A DNA stretch of 36,134 bases, taken from a virus (lineage: Duplodnaviria; Caudoviricetes). The notes beneath the pieces were generated by a model that was not told where the DNA came from, did no database searches, and saw only the letters and a program-made list of their open reading frames with translations. Shown here in pieces: positions 1-9,438 of the stretch. Position 1 is the first letter of the stretch, and each line of letters begins with the position of its first letter. The stretch is from the IMG/VR virus record IMGVR_UViG_3300032257_000060, positions 1 through 36,134 of that record, one strand, 5' to 3'. The position numbers and the translations under genes were made by a program.

Positions 1-127
1 GTCTTAAAGAGCGTTATACTGAGTATGAAAAAGCAACGATGACCGACCCTGTAGGGCGTAAAATCTACTTAAACAAGAAATTATGCGAGCAGTTAATCAC
101 AAATCATAACGAGGCGCACAGGAATGA
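1..127. repeat. Terminal direct repeat copy 1 (circular-assembly overlap)
   Basis: Identical to 36008-36134; the reading frame of the o-spanin runs across the junction. Confidence 0.95.
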
Positions 128-504
128 TTGAATTATACCGCTGGTATCACGACGACTGCACTATAGGTAGATTATGCTTTGAAGATTTCCAGTGCTTTAC
201 GCTTGAGCTACCCGACTTAAACAACCAGAGAAATATTAGCTGTATCCCAGAAGGCGTTTATAACTGTCATATATTCAACAGCCAAAAGAACGGAAAAGTA
301 ATCAGCATTGAAGACGTGCCTGGCAGGAGCTACATTCAAATTCATTCAGGCAATTTCACGTCACAAATTGAAGGGTGTATATTGGTTGGCGATTCAATCA
401 AACGGCTAAACGCTGACAACATACCTGATGTAACAAATTCAAAGAAAACACTGTCCGAGCTATTAGCAATAGTTCCGATGAAAACAAAGATAAGTATTTA
501 TTAG
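124..504 (+). CDS. DUF5675-family L,D-peptidase-like protein, putative endolysin
   Basis: CFTLELP...N...SCIPEG.Y and IQIHSGN...IEGCILVG (H..GC catalytic motif); follows the spanins on the circular map. Confidence 0.8.
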   Translation: MIELYRWYHDDCTIGRLCFEDFQCFTLELPDLNNQRNISCIPEGVYNCHIFNSQKNGKVISIEDVPGRSYIQIHSGNFTSQIEGCILVGDSIKRLNADNIPDVTNSKKTLSELLAIVPMKTKISIY

Positions 505-514
505 GAGATAAATC

Positions 515-727
515 ATGGCATTATTAGCAGATACACGAAAAGCAAATAACAACGTAGCACGACAAGACGACTTAAATCGTAGGATAGGCACAATTGAATC
601 ACAAGTATTAGCTTGGATGGCAGAGGCTACCCAACTGCACACTGATGTGGATGCAGGTGATAAAGCTGAGGTATTAGCAATGCGTGACGACTTAATCGCT
701 AAACTAACGGCGTCTGTAGTTATCTAG
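515..727 (+). CDS. Hypothetical protein, helical
   Basis: Strong SD AGGAG; tight packing with flanking genes. Confidence 0.75.
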   Translation: MALLADTRKANNNVARQDDLNRRIGTIESQVLAWMAEATQLHTDVDAGDKAEVLAMRDDLIAKLTASVVI

Positions 728-728
728 C

Positions 729-1793
729 ATGGCCTACGGGTTTCTCTATACGCTTCCAACGATAACCGGATCACATACGGATTTTCCGGTTGTCTTGAAA
801 ACGGCTGATTTTCCAGCGACATCAATAGATGGAAGTGCTAACGCGTTCACCACTGGTGGCGGTGAGATTAAAGCCTATACTTCTAGCGCAAAGACCACCC
901 AACTACCTATCGAGGTGGTGACTTTTGTATCAAGCGCAACCGTACCTGAAGCTGAGGTATGGGTGAAGATTGGAACGGCTGCAACAGGCGGAACGATATA
1001 TCTAGAGAAAGACGCGGTACAAACGGCTCAACCAGCGGTAACAGATACCTATGGTAGAAATGCTGTTTGGTCTGATTATGAGGCTGTTTATCACGGTAAT
1101 GACCTTGTTGATGCGACAGGCAATGGTCATACATTAACAAGAGTAGGGACACCGACAGAGGGAAATGCAGGAAAGATTGGCGGAGCTTTTAATCTAGACG
1201 GCTCAACTGAATATTATGATTTAACCTCAAATATAGCGTCTGCCGAACCATTGAGTTTAAGCGCTTGGTTTAACGCAAACAATATTACAGCGCAGCATAC
1301 AATTGCATGTCTTGGAAATAATGGCGCTCAAGGTATGATGAGATTGTTTGCAGCAGGGGCAACCACGGGCGATCCTGTTAGGGCTCAAAAGCAAGGTGAT
1401 ACAGGCGTTGCATATCAATCTGACACAACTTCAGGATATTCAGCGTCAACATGGGAATATGCTGTAGGGTCTTTTGCTAGCGACACAAGTAGGTCATCAT
1501 TTCTAAACGGCGGATCTAAAGCAACAGACACAAATAGCGTAGCAGATCCAACTGGCGATTTTACTACAATCGGAGTAATGAAGAGATCGACAACAGCGCA
1601 CTATTTTGGAGGCTCTTTAGACGAGGTTAGGTTTTCTTTAAGGACATATTCAGACGATTGGATAGCTGAAGAATACGCCAACCAAAACGCCTCTACAGCA
1701 TGGGGTACGGTAGGAGCTTGGTCTGATAGTGGCGGTGGGCCAACAGGAATACAAATATTTAGACGAAGAATTCAACAAAGGAAAGCGGCATGA
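729..1793 (+). CDS. DUF2341-like N-terminus plus LamG/concanavalin-A-like lectin domain; probable virion accessory protein
   Basis: TDFPVVL...EVWVK N-terminal region; GKIGGAFNLDG, SLSAWF, WEYAVG, FLNG, YFGGSLDEVRF...WIAEEY LamG signature. Confidence 0.8.
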   Translation: MAYGFLYTLPTITGSHTDFPVVLKTADFPATSIDGSANAFTTGGGEIKAYTSSAKTTQLPIEVVTFVSSATVPEAEVWVKIGTAATGGTIYLEKDAVQTAQPAVTDTYGRNAVWSDYEAVYHGNDLVDATGNGHTLTRVGTPTEGNAGKIGGAFNLDGSTEYYDLTSNIASAEPLSLSAWFNANNITAQHTIACLGNNGAQGMMRLFAAGATTGDPVRAQKQGDTGVAYQSDTTSGYSASTWEYAVGSFASDTSRSSFLNGGSKATDTNSVADPTGDFTTIGVMKRSTTAHYFGGSLDEVRFSLRTYSDDWIAEEYANQNASTAWGTVGAWSDSGGGPTGIQIFRRRIQQRKAA

Positions 1794-2731
1794 TATTAGG
1801 CAAGTATAACCAAGCAAAAACAATCACCTTCGACCTATTTGAGATTGACGGCATTGATTTGTCTGTAGCTGCTACCTTTGCTGCTGGCGATGTCAAAATC
1901 CAAAAAGACGAGGGAGTAGAGGCCAACACCACTAATTTACCAACTGATGAAGGCTCGACTTATTCGCTAGTATTAACCGCAGCAGAAATGAGCGCAGCAA
2001 GAATACGCATAATAATTATTGATCAAACAGCGACGAAAGTATGGCTAGATACGTCGATCGGGATTGAAACGTATGGCAATGCCAGCGCTGAACATGCTTT
2101 TGATTTAGACACGGCAAGCACAGCCCAAACAGCAGACCACACAGCAGGCATAGCCGACATTCCAACGGTTGCTGAATTCAATGCTCGAACGCTATTGGCG
2201 GCCAACTACTTCGATCCAGCAGTCGATGTTGTGGCTAATGTAACTTTAGTTGACACCACCACCACTAACACAGATATGCGCGGAACAGATAACGCGGCAC
2301 TAGCTACCTCATTAGCTACCGCTCAACTAGACCTTGATACTATTACTGGTGCGGACGGTGTAACACTGGCAACTACTCAAGGCGCGATTACATGGGGCGC
2401 TGTGACTATTTCGGTGGCAGATGGGCTGAACAATATTACCTTGGCTGGCTCGGGTTCTGCTGACGGATTAGCGTACACAAGGATTGGAACAGGAAGTCTA
2501 TTTGATACAGCATGGGCGGCCGCTTTAGAGTCCGAAGTAACAGACGCTTTAACAGCATACGCGCCAGCAACCGAGGCTAAGCAGGACATTATAGATACTG
2601 TAGTTGATGGGATTAAGGTAACAACCGATAAGTTCGTGTTTACAGTGGCTAACCAAGTTGACTCAAATATCCAGTCAATTAACGACGTAACTATAACTGG
2701 TGACGGCAGTGCCACGCCTTTTGATGTATAA
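1790..2731 (+). CDS. Putative virion structural/fibre protein
   Basis: Thr/Ala/Asp-rich 313 aa; ATGA-coupled to the LamG gene. Confidence 0.65.
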   Translation: MILGKYNQAKTITFDLFEIDGIDLSVAATFAAGDVKIQKDEGVEANTTNLPTDEGSTYSLVLTAAEMSAARIRIIIIDQTATKVWLDTSIGIETYGNASAEHAFDLDTASTAQTADHTAGIADIPTVAEFNARTLLAANYFDPAVDVVANVTLVDTTTTNTDMRGTDNAALATSLATAQLDLDTITGADGVTLATTQGAITWGAVTISVADGLNNITLAGSGSADGLAYTRIGTGSLFDTAWAAALESEVTDALTAYAPATEAKQDIIDTVVDGIKVTTDKFVFTVANQVDSNIQSINDVTITGDGSATPFDV

Positions 2732-2937
2732 TGAGTCTTGAGGTTGCAGGCGTATGGAATACTGGCGTCTGGGCTACTACGGTCTGGGCTGATGACGTAT
2801 GGCGTGAGGGTGAGTATGTGTCTGCAACACTTATCGGCAATAAGATGTACGTTAGTTACGAAGAAAGAAAAATGACCATTGACGCAAGAGACAGAACAAT
2901 GATGCCCGAATATACAGAAAGGAAAATGACAGTATGA
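2731..2937 (+). CDS. Small protein with a VW pentapeptide repeat
   Basis: GVWNTGVWATTVWADDVW; stop/start overlaps on both sides. Confidence 0.65.
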   Translation: MSLEVAGVWNTGVWATTVWADDVWREGEYVSATLIGNKMYVSYEERKMTIDARDRTMMPEYTERKMTV

Positions 2938-3242
2938 AGGTTCAAAGCTGGCCAAGCAGAAAAGGCGCTGCAACTCATTACGAGGTTGATTATAGTGTAT
3001 TAGTTGGAAGATTAGGTACAACTGTTTCAACCGTAACATGGAGCGTGGAAAGCGGAAGCGCCACAATTTCAGGCGAAACACTAGCAAGCGGCGTAGCTTC
3101 AGCGCTAATAACAACCGGATCAGAAGACTGCTCTCTTATTAAGCTAGAGGCAGTATTGGCAGACGGTCAAACAGACGTGTTCTTCTTTAAGATAAAGACA
3201 GAAGACCCAAAATGTGTGCAAAGTACAGCAGGGAGATATTAA
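2934..3242 (+). CDS. Putative fibre/adaptor protein (beta-rich)
   Basis: YEVDYS...TVSTVTWSV pattern seen in phage adaptor-like proteins upstream of terminases. Confidence 0.55.
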   Translation: MKVQSWPSRKGAATHYEVDYSVLVGRLGTTVSTVTWSVESGSATISGETLASGVASALITTGSEDCSLIKLEAVLADGQTDVFFFKIKTEDPKCVQSTAGRY

Positions 3243-3249
3243 TCTAACC

Positions 3250-4404
3250 ATGTACAAATACAAAATGATTAATACGAGCGAATTAAATGGTTATAAAAAT
3301 AATGCCAGGACACACTCGCCTGAGCAAGTAAAACAGATTGCCAGTTCTATCAATGAATTTGGCTTTACTAATCCACTATTAATCAACGATAAGAAAACCA
3401 TTATTGCAGGCCATGGCAGAATAGAGGCTGCACTAACATTGGGAATGGATAAAATTCCTTGCATAATAGTAACAAATCTTACGCTCGACCAAGAGAAAGC
3501 ATTAATCATTGCCGACAATCAACTAGCATTAAACGCAGGGTGGGATTTAGATATACTCAAAGCTGAAATTGACGACTTAAGGCTAAACGATTTCGACGTT
3601 GAGCTATTAGGGTTTGATGATGACTTTATAACCGACCTGCTACAGCCAGAGCCAACAGAAGGGCTAACCGATGAGGATGCTGTTCCTGAAGTGCCAGAAG
3701 AGCCAGTAACCGCGTTAGGCGATATATGGGAGCTAGGTAACCATAGATTAATGTGTGGTGACTCTACCAGTATTGACGCTGTTGAAAAATTAATGGATGG
3801 CGTATATCCCGATTTAATACACACCGATCCTCCGTATGGGATGAATGCTGTCACAAAAAGTGGCGTATTATCAAAGAGCTACAAAACAGATATTATTGGC
3901 GATGATAACACTGATATAGCTAAAGACGCTTTTCGCCTTATAAACGGGATGTATCCTGAATCAAAACAAATATGGTGGGGCGCCAATTATTACTGCTCTG
4001 TTCTGCCTGATAGCGAGTGCTGGCTAGTGTGGGATAAAAACAACGGGCAAAGCGATCAAACTGATTGCGAGCTAGCTTGGGCTAATTTCAGGAGTGTTGT
4101 GGGGCAATTCACGCAAGCAAGCGAAAAAACAAACAGAGTTCATCCAACTCAAAAGCCTGTGTCGTTAATGGAATGGATAATTAAAAGATTCAAATTGTCA
4201 TCAAGTACGATAGCTGATTACTTTGGTGGCAGTGGGTCGACATTGATGGCTGCAGAGAAAAACAATACCAAATCATTTAATATGGAGTACGATCCGAGGT
4301 TCTGCGATGTAATAATCAACAGATGGCAAGATTACACTGGACGTCTAGCCATCCATACGGCTACAGGCAAAACATATTCGGAGTTAAAGAATGACAAAGA
4401 ATAA
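3250..4404 (+). CDS. ParB/Srx N-terminal domain fused to a beta-class N6-A/N4-C DNA methyltransferase
   Basis: NARTHS..QV.QIA.SI.EFGFTNP, IAGHGR, ADN.LA (ParB); HRLMCGDST, TDPPYG, HPTQKP, DYFGGSGST (MTase); start moved to ATG 3250. Confidence 0.92.
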   Translation: MYKYKMINTSELNGYKNNARTHSPEQVKQIASSINEFGFTNPLLINDKKTIIAGHGRIEAALTLGMDKIPCIIVTNLTLDQEKALIIADNQLALNAGWDLDILKAEIDDLRLNDFDVELLGFDDDFITDLLQPEPTEGLTDEDAVPEVPEEPVTALGDIWELGNHRLMCGDSTSIDAVEKLMDGVYPDLIHTDPPYGMNAVTKSGVLSKSYKTDIIGDDNTDIAKDAFRLINGMYPESKQIWWGANYYCSVLPDSECWLVWDKNNGQSDQTDCELAWANFRSVVGQFTQASEKTNRVHPTQKPVSLMEWIIKRFKLSSSTIADYFGGSGSTLMAAEKNNTKSFNMEYDPRFCDVIINRWQDYTGRLAIHTATGKTYSELKNDKE

Positions 4405-4780
4405 AGGCGGTCGACCTAGAAAGGAGTTTGATTATAAAACGCTTGATAACCTTTGTGGAATCATGTGTACAGCAGAGGAAATATCATCGATATTAGATAT
4501 AAGCGCAGACACATTAGACAGGCGGTTGAAGGAAGATGGTCATGCTGGTTTTGCGGAGTACTTTAAAAAGAAGTCGTCAAATGGCAGGGCTTCACTAAGG
4601 AGAGTGCAATTTAAATCAGCGTTAGACGGCAACACTACCATGTTAGTGTGGCTAGGTAAGCAGCATTTAGGGCAGACAGATAAGCAAGCAATTGACTTAG
4701 AGGCCAACATAACGGCAAGGGAGGCAGATGAGCTCACAGATGAACAGCTCGCAGATATCGCCACAAGCGGCAGCAAGTGA
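4391..4780 (+). CDS. terS: Terminase small subunit
   Basis: GGRPRKE, HTH-like CTAEEISSILDIS, SLRRVQF..A..GNTTMLVWLGKQHLGQ; directly upstream of terL. Confidence 0.85.
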   Translation: MTKNKGGRPRKEFDYKTLDNLCGIMCTAEEISSILDISADTLDRRLKEDGHAGFAEYFKKKSSNGRASLRRVQFKSALDGNTTMLVWLGKQHLGQTDKQAIDLEANITAREADELTDEQLADIATSGSK

Positions 4781-6209
4781 GCTGCTAAAGCGTAGAGAGG
4801 CGCGTAAAGGCTTATTACCTTTTGTAGAGTACACTATGCCGAACTTTCAAAGCGGCGAGCATCATCAGCAAATAGCGGAAGCATTGGAAAAGGTTGAAAG
4901 GGGCGAGATTAATCGTTTAATGATATTCGCGCCACCTAGGCACACTAAGAGCGAATTAGCATCAAGACGGTTTCCAGCGTGGTACTTAGGAAGGAATCCA
5001 GACAAACAGATAATTGCTACAACATACGGATATGATTTAGCCAGCGACTTTGGTCGTGATGTTAGAGGGATAGTAGACAGCGAAGAGTATGACAAGTTGT
5101 TTGATACCAAGCTAAGAGCTGACTCTAAAAGCGCTAACAGGTGGCACACGAACGAAAACGGCGTTTATATTGCTACTGGTGTAGGTGGCTCGATAACGGG
5201 CAGAGGCGCACACATAGCGCTCATTGACGACCCATTTAAGAACAGAGATGACGCTGATAGCGAGTTAATGAGAGATAAAGTATGGAAATGGTACACATCA
5301 ACATTTTATACTCGACTAATGCCAGGCGGCGCAATAATTATTATCCTAACTCGATGGCATGAGGACGACTTAGCAGGAAGACTGCTAGAGGACGAAAAGA
5401 ACGGCGGCGACAAGTGGACAAAGATTAGCTTGCAGGCCATTAAGAACGAAGGCACAAAGCAAGAGGAAGCATTGTGGCCAGAGTGGTATAATTTAGACTA
5501 CTTAAAGCAAACTAAACACGTTATAGGGAATAGAGACTGGACAGCGCTATATCAACAAAACCCAGCGCCAGACGAAGGCATTTATTTCACTAAGGATAAA
5601 TTTAGGTGGTATGACAAGCTACCTAATAACTTAACTTATTATGGTTCTAGCGATTACGCGGTAACCGATGGAGCAGGAGACTTTACAGAACATGGTGTAT
5701 TTGGTGTTTCGCCTAATGATGATATTTACATCACAGACTGGTGGAGCGGACAAACGCAATCCGATGTATGGATTGAAACACAGTTAGATTTAGTGCTTAA
5801 GTGGAAAGTTATGATGTGGGCTGGTGAGACTGGCCCAATTAGAAAGGCGGTAGAGCCGTTTCTAGATTTAAGAATGAGAAAGCGCAGGGCGTTTACTAGT
5901 TTAGAGTGGCTTCCAACTGTAGCAAATAACAAAGAAGCTGGGGCTAGAACATTTCAGGCTTTGGTCAACAGCGGCATAGTTTATTTGCCAAAAGGTGAGC
6001 AATGGGCGATTGATTTAGTCGATCAACTTATTAGGTTTCCGGTAGGCAAGTTTGACGATAAAGTTGACGTATGTACTGGATTTGCAAGAATGATTAACAA
6101 TGTATGGGCGTCAAGCCCTAGCACAAGTGAAGATGATAAAAAGCCGGACAGATACGACAGGGCATTTGATGACAGCGAAGAACATGACAATTCATGGAAA
6201 TACGCATAA
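4728..6209 (+). CDS. terL: Terminase large subunit
   Basis: Walker A APPRHTKS, Walker B ALIDDPFKN, TRWHEDDLAG, ALYQQNP, C-terminal nuclease FPVGKFDDKVD. Confidence 0.95.
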   Translation: MSSQMNSSQISPQAAASELLKRREARKGLLPFVEYTMPNFQSGEHHQQIAEALEKVERGEINRLMIFAPPRHTKSELASRRFPAWYLGRNPDKQIIATTYGYDLASDFGRDVRGIVDSEEYDKLFDTKLRADSKSANRWHTNENGVYIATGVGGSITGRGAHIALIDDPFKNRDDADSELMRDKVWKWYTSTFYTRLMPGGAIIIILTRWHEDDLAGRLLEDEKNGGDKWTKISLQAIKNEGTKQEEALWPEWYNLDYLKQTKHVIGNRDWTALYQQNPAPDEGIYFTKDKFRWYDKLPNNLTYYGSSDYAVTDGAGDFTEHGVFGVSPNDDIYITDWWSGQTQSDVWIETQLDLVLKWKVMMWAGETGPIRKAVEPFLDLRMRKRRAFTSLEWLPTVANNKEAGARTFQALVNSGIVYLPKGEQWAIDLVDQLIRFPVGKFDDKVDVCTGFARMINNVWASSPSTSEDDKKPDRYDRAFDDSEEHDNSWKYA

Positions 6210-6221
6210 AAGGTTAATACT

Positions 6222-8105
6222 ATGACTATAGGATTAGAAACATTAGTTCAATACTTCGAGGATTCTGCAAGTTCTTCTGATAGTGCGAGAGCGCTCAGCG
6301 AGAAAGCAAGAGATTATTATGACGGCAAGCAACTTACCAGCGAAGAAATTACAGAGCTAAAAAAGAGAATGCAGCCACCCGTTGTATTTAACCGCATTCA
6401 GCCAAAGATTGACTTTCTGTTAGGCTCAGAGCGCAGGCAGCGAACCGATCCAAAGGCATTTCCTAGAACACCTGATCACGATGAAGCGGCAGACGCTGCA
6501 ACAGACGCTATTAGATACGTTCAAGACAACAATAACTTTGATGTACTTAGCTCAGATGTGTTCGAGAGTGGTTTAATTGAGGGAACTGGTGGTGTATCAG
6601 TTGAGGTTGATCCTGAAACACTAGACATCATCATTAAGCGCGTTCATTGGGATAGATACTTTTACGATCCACACTCAAGAGAAAGAGACCATAGAGACTC
6701 GCGCTATGATGGCGTTGTTATGTGGATGGACTTTGAAGAAGCTAAAGAGAAGTGGGGCGACGCTGCAGACGAGCTAGAAACCCAAATGCAACACACTTTA
6801 GCAACTGGCGATACATTCGAGGACAAGCCAACATCAGCACAATGGTTTGATTCAAGTCGAAAGCGCGTCATGGTTGTGCAGATTAACTATATTGACAAAG
6901 GCAGATGGTATACGTCTATTTACACCAAGGGCGTATATTTAGAAAAGCCAAAAGAATCGCCTTATGTGGACGAAATCGGAAAGCCCGAAAACCCTTTAAT
7001 CATGATGAGCATGAAGGTTGACCGTGAAGGTAATCGTTACGGCGCTGTTAAAAACTTAATTGATATCCAGGACGAGATAAATAAACGTCGCTCTAAATCG
7101 CTTCACTTGCTAAACACGAAGCAAACCTTTAGTAAAGAAGGACATTTGAAGGATATTAATCGATTTAAGCGCGAAGCCAATAAACCTGACGGACATTTAG
7201 AGTTTCCTGCAACTGGTGAATTTGGTAAAGACTTCGGTGTTATTCCTGATAGCGGACTAGTAGCTAGTCAATTCCAGATGTATCAAGAGTCTATTCAGCA
7301 AATGGATTCAGTCAGTGCAAACGCCGCATTAAGCGGACAAACAGATCAAGGGTTAAGCGGTCGTGCTGTTCAGGCATTGCAGCAAGGTGGCTCGATTGAG
7401 CTAGCTCCATTGTTTGATGTTCATCTACAATGGAAAAAGCGCGTGGCTCGGGCTATATGGTCAAGGGTCAAGCAATACTGGAAAGAGCCTAAATGGTTAC
7501 GAGTTACTGATGAAGAAGAAAACTTAAAGTGGGTCGGACTTAATCAGCCTGTTACAATGGCAGAGCAGGCGGTAATGGAAAAAACAGGTATGAGCCTTAA
7601 AGACGTTCAGGCGCAGTTTGGCGATAAGATAAAAGAAGTAGTTGCTCAAGACCCTGAGCTAGCTAAACCAGTGGCGAAGGACAACGACGTTGCTGAAATT
7701 GACGTGGACATTGTTCTTGAGGAAGTGCCAGACACTGTTAACTTGCAAGGTGAGCAGTTCGATCTATTAGTTAAGATGTATCAAGTTAATCCACAGTCTG
7801 CTGATAATCCAAAAGGAATACCATGGGAATCATTGGTTCAGATGTCTAGTTTACGCAATAAAGATAAATTGCTGGGTAATGATTTAACGCCAGAACAACA
7901 ACAAGCAAGAGAACAGCAATCCGCAATACAACAACAGCAAGTGCAAATGCAACAAGCCCTCGCAGAGCTTGAGGCTGGCAAAACTAAGTCTGAGATAGAT
8001 AAGAACATGGCTACTACAGAAAAACTCACTCAGGAGGCGGCGCAGAAGCAATTAGAGAGCATACTGATAGCAACTGATCCAGCTAAGGTGAATGTTTCCG
8101 TATGA
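6222..8105 (+). CDS. Portal protein (P22-like)
   Basis: YYDGKQ, NRIQPKID, DIQDEINKRRSK, SGRAVQALQQGG, Q-rich C-terminal barrel coil; follows terL. Confidence 0.92.
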   Translation: MTIGLETLVQYFEDSASSSDSARALSEKARDYYDGKQLTSEEITELKKRMQPPVVFNRIQPKIDFLLGSERRQRTDPKAFPRTPDHDEAADAATDAIRYVQDNNNFDVLSSDVFESGLIEGTGGVSVEVDPETLDIIIKRVHWDRYFYDPHSRERDHRDSRYDGVVMWMDFEEAKEKWGDAADELETQMQHTLATGDTFEDKPTSAQWFDSSRKRVMVVQINYIDKGRWYTSIYTKGVYLEKPKESPYVDEIGKPENPLIMMSMKVDREGNRYGAVKNLIDIQDEINKRRSKSLHLLNTKQTFSKEGHLKDINRFKREANKPDGHLEFPATGEFGKDFGVIPDSGLVASQFQMYQESIQQMDSVSANAALSGQTDQGLSGRAVQALQQGGSIELAPLFDVHLQWKKRVARAIWSRVKQYWKEPKWLRVTDEEENLKWVGLNQPVTMAEQAVMEKTGMSLKDVQAQFGDKIKEVVAQDPELAKPVAKDNDVAEIDVDIVLEEVPDTVNLQGEQFDLLVKMYQVNPQSADNPKGIPWESLVQMSSLRNKDKLLGNDLTPEQQQAREQQSAIQQQQVQMQQALAELEAGKTKSEIDKNMATTEKLTQEAAQKQLESILIATDPAKVNVSV

Positions 8106-8620
8106 TAGTTGCCTGCCCAACAGTTCCGCATACAGGATCATACTTTATTGTTAAGCATTTGTTTGAGGGCTATGAGCAGGTTTTATTTAATCAGCAACAT
8201 ACTCAAGAGGACGCTATTTATTTCGATCACATGTTTCCGCATAAACGGGCGTCTATTGAAGCGATATGCGATCAATATCCGGTGATTATTCCGCTTAGGC
8301 ATCCGAAAGTATGCGCTTTAAGTTGGGAGCGAAGAAATAAAGAGCTTGGCGATATGTGCCAAATGTTTAGGGAATTGACCAATATTTACGACAAATACGA
8401 TCCTTTTTACATTCCTTTGGATACAGAGTTAAGAAAAAGCGCACTTAATAGCATTAATGACGAATTAGTGGTAAAATTGACTACAGACTGGCGGCCTATT
8501 CATTCAAAGCGTGAAGGCTCATCAGTAAGGTTTACAGATAACATAGAATTAAAGGAAGGAGAACTAGTCGATGAGTTAATCGAAGAAATTAAGCCTTTTT
8601 TAGATAGGTTTTACAGTTAG
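8102..8620 (+). CDS. Sulfotransferase-like (PAPS-binding P-loop) protein
   Basis: N-terminal VPHTGSYF resembles the 5'-PSB loop; IIPLRHPKVCALSW resembles the 3'-PB motif R-x-P-x5-S. Confidence 0.6.
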   Translation: MIVACPTVPHTGSYFIVKHLFEGYEQVLFNQQHTQEDAIYFDHMFPHKRASIEAICDQYPVIIPLRHPKVCALSWERRNKELGDMCQMFRELTNIYDKYDPFYIPLDTELRKSALNSINDELVVKLTTDWRPIHSKREGSSVRFTDNIELKEGELVDELIEEIKPFLDRFYS

Positions 8621-8628
8621 TAAAAAAG

Positions 8629-8670
8629 CGCCACCGGCTATCGGGTGATCGTGACGCCAACGCAAGGGCG
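8629..8670 (+). promoter_or_regulatory. Tandem bulged hairpins in the scaffold gene leader
   Basis: CGCC-AC-CG..CG-GGTG and CGCC-AA-C-GCAA-G-GGCG just before the SD. Confidence 0.5.
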
Positions 8671-8682
8671 ATAGGAAACGCA

Positions 8683-9426
8683 ATGGAAAGTTTAAGTAAT
8701 GTATTTGAAGATGGTGAACCAGAAGCAATTGACCAAGTAGACGATAAAGCAGTTGAAGAGGTCGAAGAACCAGCAGAGGCAGAGCCAGAAAAGGTCGAAA
8801 AAGAACAAGAGCCGGAGGCGACGACAGCACCGGAAACAACAGAGCCAGAACCGAAAAGCGTGCCAATAAAAGCATTAATGGCAGAACGTGAGAAACGGCA
8901 AGAGCTAGAAAGAAAGGTTGCAGATTTAGCCGCCCAAAAAGCGAAAGAGCCTGCGCCAGATATTTTTGAAGATCAACAAGGATTTACTGAACACCTGCAA
9001 AAGCAGATTGATACCGACAGATTTAACGATCGCGCTAATCAATCAGAGTTTTATGCAAAGCGGGAATTTGGCGAAGAGGAGTTATCAGCAAAAGTTGAAG
9101 CTTTCAAAGAGCTTAAAATGACCAATCCAGAGCTAGAGGCTCAAGTATTGAATGCAGTTAGCCCATACCATGAAATTGTTGATATTGTCAGCAAGCATGA
9201 GAAAATGGAAAAAATGCAAAATATAGATGAGTTTGAAGCAAAGACTAGAGCAGAAATTGAAGCTAAAGTCAGAGCTGAAATAAAGGCTGAGCTGGAAGGT
9301 AAAATAAATGCCGATAAAGACTTGCGTGATTCTATCCCAACATCGTTGGTAGATGAGCCGTCCAAAGGGACAATAAACAAACCCACATGGGCAGGGCCTT
9401 CTACCTTAGACAGTATATTAGACTAA
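8683..9426 (+). CDS. Capsid scaffolding protein
   Basis: Acidic E/P-rich N-terminus, VPIKALMAEREKRQ coiled coil; immediately before the major capsid gene. Confidence 0.88.
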   Translation: MESLSNVFEDGEPEAIDQVDDKAVEEVEEPAEAEPEKVEKEQEPEATTAPETTEPEPKSVPIKALMAEREKRQELERKVADLAAQKAKEPAPDIFEDQQGFTEHLQKQIDTDRFNDRANQSEFYAKREFGEEELSAKVEAFKELKMTNPELEAQVLNAVSPYHEIVDIVSKHEKMEKMQNIDEFEAKTRAEIEAKVRAEIKAELEGKINADKDLRDSIPTSLVDEPSKGTINKPTWAGPSTLDSILD

Positions 9427-9438
9427 AGGTATAACATC

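Noticed and set aside
2377-3114. 245-aa minus-strand ORF and other antisense ORFs across the structural region
   Set aside because: They shadow well-supported plus-strand genes and have no recognisable motifs or expression signals
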